Assembly (NCBI GenBank): GCA_027331445.1
Contig: DAHWUD010000002.1
Coordinates: 77,018-141,017 of the forward strand
Reading direction: 5' to 3'
Length of the DNA: 64,000 nucleotides
DNA from: Candidatus Amesbacteria bacterium
GTDB taxonomy: Bacteria > Patescibacteriota > Microgenomatia > CAZETR01 > Amesbacteraceae
Positions within the stretch are counted from its first letter, which is position 1; the number at the start of each line of letters is the position of its first letter. Below are positions 1 through 9,702 of the stretch, in pieces. Both the position numbers and the translations under genes were made by a program. The notes under the pieces are model-generated. The model saw only the letters and a list, made by a program, of their open reading frames with translations, made no database searches and had not been told where the DNA came from.

Positions 1-1080
1 GTAATTCAAAAATATGCTCCCCAGGTTGCAGGCGTCAAACGGATACAATGGCTGCTCACCGCATGGATTGGTACTCTCCACCTTCCACCCTTCTTTTCTG
101 ATCGGGTTGGCCGGGCTGTCATTGATACGGTCGATAAACACCAATCCCGGGTCTCCCGTCTTCCACGCCCCGGCGGCAATCTCCTCCCACACTTTCCTGG
201 CCGACAATCTCCCCGTCACTTCCCCGCTTTGCGGCGCCACTAATTCATAGTCCTCATCTTTTGCCAGCGCCTCCATAAATTTATCCGTAATCGTCACCGA
301 AATATTAAAATTCGTGATCCCTCCGTTATCCTTGCAGTGGATAAATTCCAGAATATCCGGGTGATCCACTCTTAAAATCCCCATATTTGCCCCCCTTCGC
401 ATCCCGCCCTGTTTAATTTGTTGGGTCGCCTCGTTATACACCCGCATAAACGACACCGGCCCCGAAGCCACTCCCATGGTCGACTTCACCCGTGACCCGG
501 CCGGCCGCAGTCGGCTAAAGGCAAACCCCGTCCCCCCTCCCGACTGGTGCACAATCCCCTGGTATTTCACCCCGTCGAAAATCCCCTCCAGGCTATCCGG
601 CACCGGGATCACATAACAAGCGCTGTACTGCAGACCGTTGCCTTTTCCTGCATTCATCAGCGTCGGGGAATTAGGCAAAAACCAGCGCTTCCCCATCAGC
701 TCGTAATATTCCCGGGCTTGCAGGATCACTTGCTCCCGCGTCTTCCCGTACTTTATCTCGGCACAGGCAATCTCCCAAGCCACCCTCCAGCACATCTCTT
801 CCACCGACTCCACCACCTTTCCCTCCGTATTTTTAAGAAAATATCTCTCCGCCAACACCCTCAGGGCCTGATCCGACCACTTCGGGAATTCTATGTCTTC
901 CGGCACCGGCGGCCTCGGCCCCGCCAGCTTTCTTATCCACTCCATCATTTCCGGGTACGCCAAACTTTCCCAATCAATCTTTCTGGCATCAATCTTCCCG
1001 TTTCCGTTTCCGTTAACATGCCCGTTAGTTTTCACTTCTGCAGCTTGTCGTCTGATTTTTTGCAACTTTAATTCAGCCAT
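1..1080 (-). CDS. nrdJ: Ribonucleotide reductase, class II (adenosylcobalamin-type); N-terminal part, C-terminus lies beyond the window start
   Basis: My own reverse-strand translation from ATG at 1080-1078 gives an open frame to position 1 (MAELKLQKIRRQAAEVKTNG...FLPNSPTLMNAG...TNPCGEQPLYPFDACNLGSIFLNY). NPCGE and CNLGSI are RNR active-site motifs. It is absent from the ORF track only because no stop lies inside the window. It sits directly downstream of nrdR. Confidence 0.8.
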   Translation of the reverse strand, partial: MAELKLQKIRRQAAEVKTNGHVNGNGNGKIDARKIDWESLAYPEMMEWIRKLAGPRPPVPEDIEFPKWSDQALRVLAERYFLKNTEGKVVESVEEMCWRVAWEIACAEIKYGKTREQVILQAREYYELMGKRWFLPNSPTLMNAGKGNGLQYSACYVIPVPDSLEGIFDGVKYQGIVHQSGGGTGFAFSRLRPAGSRVKSTMGVASGPVSFMRVYNEATQQIKQGGMRRGANMGILRVDHPDILEFIHCKDNGGITNFNISVTITDKFMEALAKDEDYELVAPQSGEVTGRLSARKVWEEIAAGAWKTGDPGLVFIDRINDSPANPIRKEGWKVESTNPCGEQPLYPFDACNLGSIFLNY

Positions 1081-1097
1081 ATATATTACAAAAGAAA

Positions 1098-1547
1098 CTA
1101 ACTCACGATTTTATCCAATAACTTTTCAAACTGGGCTATATCTTCCAGCTCAAAATACACCGAGGCAAACCGCAACCAGGCTACCTTATCAATATTCCGG
1201 AGCCTTTTCAAGACCAGCTTTCCGATACTCACCGAGGTAATCTCCGACACTTCCTTCCGCCGGATTTCTCTTTCCACTTCATCCGCCAGGCGGGTAATGA
1301 GGTCGATGGATACCGGCCGCTTGTCAAACGACTTAATCACGCCTTTGACTATTTTTTCCCGGTCAAACGGCTGCCGGCTGCCGTCCCGCTTCACCACCCA
1401 CAAGGTCGGCCCTTCCACCCGCTCAAATGTCGTAAACCGCTTTTGGCACTTGCCGCATTCCCGCCGCCGCCGCAGCGTCTGGCCGTCCTCCGCCACCCGT
1501 GATTCGAGTACTGATGTTTCAGAATTTCCGCAAAACGGGCATTTCAT
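1098..1547 (-). CDS. nrdR: Transcriptional repressor NrdR (zinc ribbon + ATP-cone)
   Basis: MKCPFCG...CGKC zinc ribbon followed by an ATP-cone-like segment. Typical 149 aa length. Placed upstream of an RNR gene. Confidence 0.9.
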   Translation of the reverse strand: MKCPFCGNSETSVLESRVAEDGQTLRRRRECGKCQKRFTTFERVEGPTLWVVKRDGSRQPFDREKIVKGVIKSFDKRPVSIDLITRLADEVEREIRRKEVSEITSVSIGKLVLKRLRNIDKVAWLRFASVYFELEDIAQFEKLLDKIVS

Positions 1548-1577
1548 ATATCAACTATCAAAACATGGGGTGTACCG

Positions 1578-1645
1578 GCAAATTCGCGCGCAGCGATCGG
1601 ATATTAAGCTTGACCTGCCTGTCGCCAGACAGGGCACGAATTTGC
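1578..1645 (-). ncRNA. Candidate structured 5' leader / cis-regulatory element upstream of nrdR, carrying the conserved 19-nt motif CGCGCGCAGCGATCGGATA (plus-strand reading)
   Basis: A perfect 9-bp inverted repeat (GCAAATTCG at 1578-1586 and CGAATTTGC at 1637-1645) encloses the 19-mer (1585-1603) and an inner hairpin CCTGTC-gcca-GACAGG (1618-1633). The identical 19-mer recurs at 17523-17541 in the same relative position upstream of tktN. Confidence 0.35.
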
Positions 1646-1772
1646 TTACACCGAGTGTTTCAGAAAACATTGCCACCATAGGTAGTGGCATCAATCACAT
1701 TAAACCCCTATATATCTACCGTCAACTATTAATTAGTATATCAGAAGCTATCCTGCCCGCCGGCAGGCAGGT

Positions 1773-2444
1773 CTACTTACTCTCCCGCAATGCCTGAGTT
1801 ACACTCTGTCCCACCATTTGTGTCTCCGCCACCGTATTCATAATTGTTGTTTGGTCGCTTCCTGTCAGTCTTTCCTGCATCGTTTGTAGTAACTCCGTGT
1901 GTTTGGTGGCCGCCGATTGCAGCGTCAGCAGCTGGCTTTTTACATCCAAACCCTGTTTCTGCAAATCTATTACCCCGTTCGCACTCTGTTCCAGATACTT
2001 TTCTGCTTTCGTCGCCGTGGATACTCCCAGGCTGGACTTTCCCCCCTGCTCCAGCTCCCAGGCCGCATTCACCCGCTTGTCCGCGTACAGCAGCTCCAGC
2101 TGTGACTTTTTCAGCGGGTCGAAAGTCAGCCACAAGACTATCCTGTCCCGCACCATTTTCAGCTTATACAAAGGATTATCCGGCAAAATTCCCGGGTATG
2201 GTAAGTAGTATTCTACCGCCGGCGTCGGGCTTACGCTGGCCGAGGGCGTGGCCGCCACCTCCTTCGGAAATACCGCCGTGGGATTGGATACCGCCAGTAA
2301 TGACAGCACCAAAATTGCCACCCCGAACATCAGCGCCGCAAAACTTCCCCACGTCTTAGGTGAAAATATCCTGCCTTTGAGTAATTCCTGTGCCCGTAAC
2401 CCCTCCGTTTTCCCTTCTTGCATAGCTACCCATAAGTATGACAC
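1773..2444 (-). CDS. Hypothetical membrane-anchored protein (N-terminal TM, Ala/Pro-rich linker, coiled-coil C-terminus)
   Basis: 223-aa ORF with one TM helix (FAALMFGVAILVLSLLAV) and a Q/L-rich C-terminal half. No recognisable catalytic motif. Confidence 0.55.
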   Translation of the reverse strand: MSYLWVAMQEGKTEGLRAQELLKGRIFSPKTWGSFAALMFGVAILVLSLLAVSNPTAVFPKEVAATPSASVSPTPAVEYYLPYPGILPDNPLYKLKMVRDRIVLWLTFDPLKKSQLELLYADKRVNAAWELEQGGKSSLGVSTATKAEKYLEQSANGVIDLQKQGLDVKSQLLTLQSAATKHTELLQTMQERLTGSDQTTIMNTVAETQMVGQSVTQALRESK

Positions 2445-2485
2445 ATGCTGTCAACCCGTGGCAACACAAACCATATCATTCACTC

Positions 2486-2983
2486 TCACCCGATCCTGCA
2501 CCCCACCAGACACTCTTCCATCATGTCCTCGATTTCCCCCACGATCTCTTTTGCCTGTTCCCAGGTTATCGCCTCATGGTAATTGGGGAAATAATGAAAA
2601 ATCCTGTTTCTCCCCTTCCGCCATACTTCCCACATTTTCATCGGCAGTTCCTCCCCGCCGCAGCTGTTCATCAATTTCCCGTATACCCATCCCGACCGAT
2701 ATCTCTTGGGTAGCGTCGGCGACAGCGCCCTCCCGATCCGGAAATGTTCCCCGAAATACTGCTGCCGGGTAATCAGTTCCATATCCAAAAATAACTTTTT
2801 CAAAAACCCTTCATACGCTTTGGCCGCCGGAAACACTATAAACGAATAATCTTTATACTCCGCGCTCCCTCCTCCTTCCGCCCTCGCCCGCTCCCGTTCG
2901 ATCAGATCATTACTCTGCTTGATCAACTCCCGCATCTCCTGTTCTACATAACCCCACCAGCCGAATTCCTCCAAATTCTTCAT
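2486..2983 (-). CDS. Hypothetical protein with a possible HEPN-like Rx4H motif (RNRIFHY)
   Basis: 165-aa ORF. The Rx4H(Y) pattern near the C-terminus resembles HEPN/HepT-type motifs. No other signature seen. Confidence 0.45.
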   Translation of the reverse strand: MKNLEEFGWWGYVEQEMRELIKQSNDLIERERARAEGGGSAEYKDYSFIVFPAAKAYEGFLKKLFLDMELITRQQYFGEHFRIGRALSPTLPKRYRSGWVYGKLMNSCGGEELPMKMWEVWRKGRNRIFHYFPNYHEAITWEQAKEIVGEIEDMMEECLVGCRIG

Positions 2984-2990
2984 CTCTTAG

Positions 2991-3203
2991 CTATTGCCCC
3001 CACAAATGGAAGAATCCTCCGATTACCATCACCACCGCCAGCCCCAGCCACCCCAATACGAATATCACCACCGCCTTTAATATCCAGTCCAGGATCTTTT
3101 CTTCCTGAGGGTCCAGCGCGTTTTCCTCCGCCGGTTTTACCTCCGCCTCCGGCTTATTTACACCCTTCACCTCTCCTGCTCTCAGGCTCTTTTTTACTGC
3201 CAT
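2991..3203 (-). CDS. Small membrane protein (C-terminal TM hairpin)
   Basis: 70 aa with a charged N-terminus and a hydrophobic C-terminus (ILKAVVIFVLGWLGLAVVMVIGGFF). Confidence 0.35.
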   Translation of the reverse strand: MAVKKSLRAGEVKGVNKPEAEVKPAEENALDPQEEKILDWILKAVVIFVLGWLGLAVVMVIGGFFHLWGQ

Positions 3204-3243
3204 ATCTGCTCAATAATATCTCCCCTCAGGGTATAATTCAATA

Positions 3244-5604
3244 ATGAGCCCTAAAAAATCTGCCCCTGTCTCCTTTTTTGACCTTGCCCGCCGGCGCCAG
3301 GAACTCAAAAAAAACGGTGCCGCCCTGGTCAAGCACCTCAAAAAATCCCCTATCTATACCCGCTTTGCTACCCGCCGTTATGTGCTCCTGACCCTTATCG
3401 TCTGTCTTCTCGCCTACCTGACCTATATTTATTGGGGTCTCCCCAATCCCCACGATCTCACAGCCATTCCCTCTCCGGCCTCCACCAAACTCCTGGACCG
3501 TCACGGCCGCCTCCTCTATGAAATTTTCGTCAAGGAGCGCCGCACTCCCATCCAGCTCTCCACTCTTCCGACTTACGCCTGGCAGGCCACTCTCGCCGCC
3601 GAAGATAAAAGCTTCTACCAGCACGGTGGCTTCTCCATCCCGGGTATCGCCCGGGCCTTCATCAACACTTTCTTCCACGGCCAGCTCCAGGGTGGCTCCA
3701 CCATCACCCAGCAGCTGGTCCGCACTGCCCTTCTGAACCAGAATCGCACTATCAGAAGAAAACTCCGGGAATTCACCTTAAGCATCATCGTGGAAACTCT
3801 CTACTCTAAAGACCAGATTTTGGAGATGTACTTAAACCGGGTGCCTTACGGCGGCACCGCTTATGGCCTGGAAGCCGCCTCGGAAACTTATTTCGGCAAA
3901 CCCGCCGCCAATCTGACTTTAGCCCAGGCCGCCCTTCTGGCCGGCCTCACCCAAGCCCCCTCTTACTATTCTCCTTTTGGCAGCCACCCCGAATTGGCTA
4001 GGGTCCGGCAAAAGTACGTCCTGGACCAGATGCTGGCCGACCACTTCATTACCGCGTCTCAGTACGCCTCTGCCTCCGCCGAGACCATTGTCTATGCCCC
4101 CACCCCCAGCATCAAAGCCCCTCATTTTTCCCTCTGGGTCAAGGATCTTCTAACTCAGAAATACGGCCTCGCTACCGTAGAGCAAGGCGGTCTGGTCGTT
4201 ACCACCACTCTGGATCTTGACCTGCAGAATTTTGCTCAGGATGCGGTGGCCACTGAAATCGCCCGCCTGAAAAATGAGCATGTCGGCAATGGCGACGCCC
4301 TGGTCACCCATCCCAAAACCGGTGAGATTCTCGCCATGGTCGGTTCCAAAGACTACTTCGACACGGCCGACAACGGCAACGTCAATGTCGTCTTAAGCCA
4401 GCGCCAACCCGGTTCTTCCATCAAACCCGTCAATTACGCTATCGCCATTGACCGCCACCTCTTAACCGCCTCTTCCTTACTGGCCGACAAACCCACCTGC
4501 TTTCTGCAAGCCGATCAAAAACCTTACTGCCCCGTCAACTACGACAACCAATTTCATGGCCCCACCCAGGTCCGTTTTGCTTTGGGCAATTCCTTCAACA
4601 TCCCCGCCGTCAAAGCCCTGACCATCAACGGCCTGACCGATTTTGTCGCCTCCTCCTCGGCTTTTGGCATCACCACCTTCACCCAGCCGGAAAAATACGG
4701 TCCCTCCATTACTTTGGGCGGAGCTGAAGTCACCATGCTGGACCTGTCCACTGCCTACTCTGTTCTAGCCAATACCGGCCAGCGCGTCGATCCTGACCCC
4801 ATTCTCGAAGTTCGCAACGACCGCGGCCAGGTTTTGCAGCAGGCCCCCATGAAAACCATCTCTCCGGAGGCTGCCGCGAAAACCAATCCCTACGACCTCA
4901 TTACCATCGACGGCCAAAATTATGTATCCGCCCCCCGCTCCAACGTCCGGGTCATCTCCCAAGGCGCCGCCTTCATCGTTTCCCACATCCTTTATGACAA
5001 CAGCGCCCGCTCCGCCACCTTCGGCCCCGTTTCTTATCTCAATGTCTCCAAACATCCTGAAGTTTCCGTCAAGACCGGTACCACCAACGACAAACGCGAC
5101 AACTGGACCATCGGTTACAACCCGGACATTCTGGCTGCCGTCTGGGTCGGCAACAACGACAACACCCCCATGAGCGCCATCGCCTCCGGCATCACCGGCG
5201 CCTCCCCCATCTGGAACAAAATTATGACTTATGCCCTGAGAAACTATCCCCAGAACTGGCCCCATCAGCCCGCCGACGTTTCCGGAGCTCTTGTCTGTTC
5301 TATTTCCGGTCTTAAGGCCCCGGACAATCCCGATTCTTCCTGTTCACCCCGTTATGAATACTTCATCAATGGCACTATTCCTCCGACCGACCCCGGCATC
5401 CATCATGATATTCCCATTTACAAGCCCACCCAATCTCCCGCTACCCGCCAGCAGCAGCTCCAGGACCCCGGCAATATTGAAATTCAAAATCACTCCGTCG
5501 TCTGGGACGCCCTCGGTATTCCTTTATGTCTTGACTGTGCCGGCGGCAACGGCCCCCCCGACAACATTCAGTTGGATCAAAACGGAAAAGCGCTTCCCTT
5601 CTGA
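3244..5604 (+). CDS. Class A penicillin-binding protein (bifunctional GT51 transglycosylase / transpeptidase), PBP1A-like
   Basis: EDKSFYQHGGFS and GGSTITQQ (GT51 motifs). SGSSIKP (SxxK), SFN and KTGTT (transpeptidase motifs). N-terminal TM anchor. Confidence 0.9.
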   Translation: MSPKKSAPVSFFDLARRRQELKKNGAALVKHLKKSPIYTRFATRRYVLLTLIVCLLAYLTYIYWGLPNPHDLTAIPSPASTKLLDRHGRLLYEIFVKERRTPIQLSTLPTYAWQATLAAEDKSFYQHGGFSIPGIARAFINTFFHGQLQGGSTITQQLVRTALLNQNRTIRRKLREFTLSIIVETLYSKDQILEMYLNRVPYGGTAYGLEAASETYFGKPAANLTLAQAALLAGLTQAPSYYSPFGSHPELARVRQKYVLDQMLADHFITASQYASASAETIVYAPTPSIKAPHFSLWVKDLLTQKYGLATVEQGGLVVTTTLDLDLQNFAQDAVATEIARLKNEHVGNGDALVTHPKTGEILAMVGSKDYFDTADNGNVNVVLSQRQPGSSIKPVNYAIAIDRHLLTASSLLADKPTCFLQADQKPYCPVNYDNQFHGPTQVRFALGNSFNIPAVKALTINGLTDFVASSSAFGITTFTQPEKYGPSITLGGAEVTMLDLSTAYSVLANTGQRVDPDPILEVRNDRGQVLQQAPMKTISPEAAAKTNPYDLITIDGQNYVSAPRSNVRVISQGAAFIVSHILYDNSARSATFGPVSYLNVSKHPEVSVKTGTTNDKRDNWTIGYNPDILAAVWVGNNDNTPMSAIASGITGASPIWNKIMTYALRNYPQNWPHQPADVSGALVCSISGLKAPDNPDSSCSPRYEYFINGTIPPTDPGIHHDIPIYKPTQSPATRQQQLQDPGNIEIQNHSVVWDALGIPLCLDCAGGNGPPDNIQLDQNGKALPF

Positions 5605-5661
5605 TAAATCTCCTTCTTGTAGCCCGGCAGTAACAAAAATATAATCCGCCCCAGGACAGAC

Positions 5662-7863
5662 ATGCTTAAGTCTTTTTTAAAGGGCTTTTATCCCGCGGCC
5701 CGCCTACTTTCATCAATTAAATTCCGCCGTCCCCCCAAATCTTTTTTTGTGGTTTTTTTTCTTCTCCTGCTGCTGTCCGTTTTCTCCGTCTTCACTTATT
5801 TCTATGTCTTTAAGGATCTGCCCTCGCCCCAGTCCCTCGCCACCGTTCCCCTTCCCCTGACCACTCATATCCGCGATAGAAACGGAGTTGAACTTTACAA
5901 AATATACAGTAATCAAAACCGCACCCTGGTTAAACTGTCAGACCTGCCTCCCTACCTGCGGGAAGCCGTCATCAGCATCGAGGACAAGGACTTCTATCAC
6001 AACCGGGGTTTTTCTGTCCCGGGCATTATCCGCGCCCTCTACTCCAATCTCGCCTGCTCCGTCGACAAAAATCAATGTTCCCTGCAGGGTGGTTCCACCA
6101 TCACCCAGCAATTGGTCAAAACTTCCCTTCTCTCTCCCGAAAGAACCATCCGCCGCAAACTTCGCGAGTTGGTTCTCTCTGTCATCGTCGAATCTCTCTA
6201 TTCCAAAGATCAGATCCTGGAAATGTACTTAAACCGCGTCAGCTTCGGCGGTTCCTCTTATGGCATTGAAGAAGCCTCCCAGACTTACTTTGGCCTCCCC
6301 GCCTCGCAGCTCGACCTGGCCCAATCCGCCCTCCTGGCCGGATTGCCCGCTTCCCCCACCACCTATTCCCCCTTCGGCAGTCACCCGGACTTAGCCAAAG
6401 CCCGCCAGCAGGAAGTCCTTCGCCGTATGGTCCAGGATGGCTATATTACCTGGGACCAGGCCCAATCTGCCAGCGCCGAAGACTTGAAATTCAAACCCCC
6501 GGGAGGCACCATCCTCGCTCCCCACTTCGTCATGTATGTCAAAGAGCTCCTGGCCCAAAAATATGGCTCCGACGTGGTCGAACAGGGCGGCTTAGACGTC
6601 ACCACCTCACTGGATTTATCCACCCAGGAATTAGCCCAGCAGGTCGTCTCCCAGGAAATCGCCAAAATTCAGTATTTGCATATTACCAACGGCGCAGCCT
6701 TGGTCACCCGGCCGGCTACGGGTGAAATTCTCGCCATGGTCGGCTCCCGCGACTATTTCGATATCGCTCATGACGGGAATGTCAATGTCACCCTTTCCCC
6801 CCGCCAGCCCGGTTCTTCTATTAAACCGGTTAATTATTCTCTGGCCTTCAGCCGGGGCTTTACCCCGGCCAGCATTATCGACGATTCCCCCATCACTTAT
6901 TCCACTCCCGGCCAGCCCCCGTACACCCCCATCAACTACGACAACCGCTTCCATGGCCGGGTAACTTTAAGAACCGCCCTGGCTAATAGTTACAATATCC
7001 CCGCCGTAAAACTGGAAGCCGCCAATGGCGTTGTTAACATGGCTGCCCTGGGCCAAAAAATGGGCATTACCACCTGGACCGATCCTTCCCGCTTCGGCCT
7101 GGCCCTGACTCTGGGCAGTAATGAAGTCACCATGGCCGACATGGCCGTAGTTTATGGGGTCCTGGCCAACAGCGGCGCCCGGGTTGACCTCCATCCCATC
7201 CTCTCCGTTAAAGATTCTCAGGGCCATGTCCTGGAAGAACTCCGTTGTCCCACTAAATCGGAGGCCTCCCTGACATCTGCCCTCTTTTTTCCGCCGGTTC
7301 TGGCTGCCCAGGCCTCGGCCACGGAAATTACTTCCTGTCCCAGCGAGCAGGTCATCTCCCCCGGCGTAGCCTTCCTGGTTACCGACATTCTTACCGATAA
7401 CACCGCCCGTACCCCTACCTTCGGCGCCAATTCCCTTCTCAAAATTCCCGGCCACACCGTCGCCGTTAAAACCGGCACCACCAACAACCTGCGCGACAAC
7501 TGGACCATTGGCTTCACCCCCAATATCCTGGTCGCGGCCTGGGTGGGTAACAATGACAATACCCCCATGAGTTACGTGGCTTCCGGCATCACCGGCGCTT
7601 CCCCTATCTGGAACCGCATCATCACTCCCCTCATCCAAGACCAGCCCGATGCCCCCTTTGTTCCCCCACCCGATATCATCAAAGTCAACGTCTGTACCTT
7701 AACCGGCCAGCTCGCCTGCGGTTCCTGCCCCACCCGCGCTGAATATTTCCTCTCGGGCACCCAACCCCGGACTGCCTGTACGGGCGACCAAATCAAGCAG
7801 ATTTTAGACAAAAGTGCGGCCCCCCGTGATAAACTTCTCAACGGAGCCTCCATTGGCTTCTAG
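5662..7863 (+). CDS. Second class A penicillin-binding protein, tandem paralog
   Basis: EDKDFYHNRGFS, GGSTITQQ, PGSSIKP and KTGTT. Same domain order as the upstream PBP. Confidence 0.9.
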   Translation: MLKSFLKGFYPAARLLSSIKFRRPPKSFFVVFFLLLLLSVFSVFTYFYVFKDLPSPQSLATVPLPLTTHIRDRNGVELYKIYSNQNRTLVKLSDLPPYLREAVISIEDKDFYHNRGFSVPGIIRALYSNLACSVDKNQCSLQGGSTITQQLVKTSLLSPERTIRRKLRELVLSVIVESLYSKDQILEMYLNRVSFGGSSYGIEEASQTYFGLPASQLDLAQSALLAGLPASPTTYSPFGSHPDLAKARQQEVLRRMVQDGYITWDQAQSASAEDLKFKPPGGTILAPHFVMYVKELLAQKYGSDVVEQGGLDVTTSLDLSTQELAQQVVSQEIAKIQYLHITNGAALVTRPATGEILAMVGSRDYFDIAHDGNVNVTLSPRQPGSSIKPVNYSLAFSRGFTPASIIDDSPITYSTPGQPPYTPINYDNRFHGRVTLRTALANSYNIPAVKLEAANGVVNMAALGQKMGITTWTDPSRFGLALTLGSNEVTMADMAVVYGVLANSGARVDLHPILSVKDSQGHVLEELRCPTKSEASLTSALFFPPVLAAQASATEITSCPSEQVISPGVAFLVTDILTDNTARTPTFGANSLLKIPGHTVAVKTGTTNNLRDNWTIGFTPNILVAAWVGNNDNTPMSYVASGITGASPIWNRIITPLIQDQPDAPFVPPPDIIKVNVCTLTGQLACGSCPTRAEYFLSGTQPRTACTGDQIKQILDKSAAPRDKLLNGASIGF

Positions 7864-7868
7864 TCCCT

Positions 7869-8579
7869 ATGTACCAAAAACACACCCTTACGGCTATCGT
7901 TCCCTGTTTCAACGAGGTTTCCCGCATCTCCCGTATCCTCACTCCGCTGGCAGCTTCCCGGTTTGTGGATGAAATCATCGTCGTCGACGACGGCTCGACC
8001 GACCGCACACCCGAATTTGTCCGCCGCTCTTATCCCCGAGTCCACCTCATCCGCAACTCCCGTAACCGCGGCAAGTCTGCCGCCATTTTTAAAGGTGTTT
8101 CCGCCTCCCGCTCCGAGGCCGTCTTTTTCATTGATGCTGACCTCATCGGCCTGACCGCCTCTCACATCGATACTGCCGTCGCCGTCTTTTTTAAAAACCG
8201 CCTGGATATGCTCCTTCTACCTGTCCGAAGTGAGCATTTTAACGTCTACTATCAGGCCGTCGGCTGGAACATCATGGCCACCGGTGAGCGCATCGTCAAA
8301 AAAAGCCTTCTTATTCCCCACCTTCACGCCCCCCTCACCGGCTACGCCCTGGAAATGTTCTTAAACCATCTGGCAGTTATCCACAACTGGAAAACGGATA
8401 TCATCTTTTGGAAACCGGGTCAGCCCGCTCCCGTCAGCCCGTCCAAATCCAAAAAAATCGGCCTGCTTCAGGGTGTCTGGGGCGACATCAAAATGTTAAA
8501 CGAGGTCTTTCATCAGGCCAATGTATTAGAATACCTTAAGGATCTTAATTTCCTGGTCATTCGTAATTCTCATCACTGA
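7869..8579 (+). CDS. Family 2 glycosyltransferase (dolichol/polyprenol-phosphate sugar transferase-like)
   Basis: N-terminal GT-A signature: IVPCFNE...VDEIIVVDDGSTD...FIDADL (DxD). Confidence 0.8.
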   Translation: MYQKHTLTAIVPCFNEVSRISRILTPLAASRFVDEIIVVDDGSTDRTPEFVRRSYPRVHLIRNSRNRGKSAAIFKGVSASRSEAVFFIDADLIGLTASHIDTAVAVFFKNRLDMLLLPVRSEHFNVYYQAVGWNIMATGERIVKKSLLIPHLHAPLTGYALEMFLNHLAVIHNWKTDIIFWKPGQPAPVSPSKSKKIGLLQGVWGDIKMLNEVFHQANVLEYLKDLNFLVIRNSHH

Positions 8580-8580
8580 C

Positions 8581-9702
8581 ATGACAAAAGTTTCCCTTCT
8601 CTATGCCAAATCCGGCGGCGGGCATCTCAGTTTAGCTACAGCAACCGCCCAGGCCCTGGATAAGTACTATCCCGGAAAATTCACTTACACTTTTTTTGAT
8701 CCCTTTCCGGCCATCACCGCCACTGCCTACAAGCGGTTGAGTATCCAGATGCAGCAGCTGTGGAAATTTTCCTACGAGGCCACCAACACCCCTCAATTTT
8801 CTTCTTTCATCCACGACATCACCAACCTCACCCTCACCGACAAGCTCGTCGCCCATTTCAAAAAATACCGTCCGGATATCATCGTTACCAACAATCCCTT
8901 AATTACCACGGAAATGCAATCCGCCCTCACCAAATCCGGCATTACCGCCAAAACCGTGGTCATCTTCGCCGATCCCTTTACCGCCCATGAAACCTGGTTC
9001 AACTATAAAACCGCCGACCTCTATCTTTCCCCCACCCCCGAAGTCACCCGGCTGGCCATCGACCACTACCTTCCCGCCTCCAAGATCCAAACCACCGGCT
9101 GGCTCACCCGGGACCAGTTCATCCCCGGCCCCTGTGACAAAACCACTGCCCGCACTCACCTCGGCCTCAATCCCGGCTTATTTACCGTTTTTGTCGGCGG
9201 CGGAGGTCAGGGCGGCGGTAAGGTTTATGCCGTTTGCGAAGCCATCTTAAGCCACCCTTATCTCCTGTCCCACAGCCAGCTTATCGTCAATACCGGTATC
9301 AATTCCCAACTCGTCACCAAAATCATGAAACTTGCCCAGATTATCCCCTCCTTTTTTTATATCATTCCCCTGGCCCACAATATGCACACCCTTTTAAGTG
9401 CCAGCGACTTAGTCGTCGGTAAAGCCGGACCCAATTTCCTCTTCGAATCCGTCCATACCCTGCGTCCGCTCTTGGCCACCGGCTGCCTTCCCGGCCAGGA
9501 AGAAGGCAACCTGGACTTTATTAGGAAAGCCAAAATCGGCTGGGTCGAGGAAAACCCGGATAAAGCTGCCGCTTTAATTGACAAAATTGCCCGCCGCCCC
9601 GATTCCTTAGCCGCTTTTACTCCCCGCCTCCGGGAGGTTAAATCCCAAAATATTGATTCCGCCAGGCATATCGCCGACGCCGTCGCCGGATTAGTCCTAT
9701 GA
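8581..9702 (+). CDS. GT28-family glycosyltransferase (MGDG synthase / UgtP-like diacylglycerol glycosyltransferase)
   Basis: N-terminal SGGGH motif (YAKSGGGHLS). Architecture matches MGDG synthase N- and C-domains. Confidence 0.75.
   Translation: MTKVSLLYAKSGGGHLSLATATAQALDKYYPGKFTYTFFDPFPAITATAYKRLSIQMQQLWKFSYEATNTPQFSSFIHDITNLTLTDKLVAHFKKYRPDIIVTNNPLITTEMQSALTKSGITAKTVVIFADPFTAHETWFNYKTADLYLSPTPEVTRLAIDHYLPASKIQTTGWLTRDQFIPGPCDKTTARTHLGLNPGLFTVFVGGGGQGGGKVYAVCEAILSHPYLLSHSQLIVNTGINSQLVTKIMKLAQIIPSFFYIIPLAHNMHTLLSASDLVVGKAGPNFLFESVHTLRPLLATGCLPGQEEGNLDFIRKAKIGWVEENPDKAAALIDKIARRPDSLAAFTPRLREVKSQNIDSARHIADAVAGLVL

Noticed and set aside
547-1240. Plus-strand ORFs 547-1071 and 893-1240 (His/Arg/Pro-rich)
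   Set aside because: They lie antisense to the clearly coding nrdJ frame (NPCGEQ, CNLGS motifs on the minus strand), have low-complexity composition and no motifs. They are shadow ORFs of a GC-rich gene.
1752-1767. Inverted repeat CCTGCC-cgcc-GGCAGG just downstream of the 1773-2444 gene
   Set aside because: It could be a weak terminator, but there is no U-tract on the relevant strand. Left unannotated.
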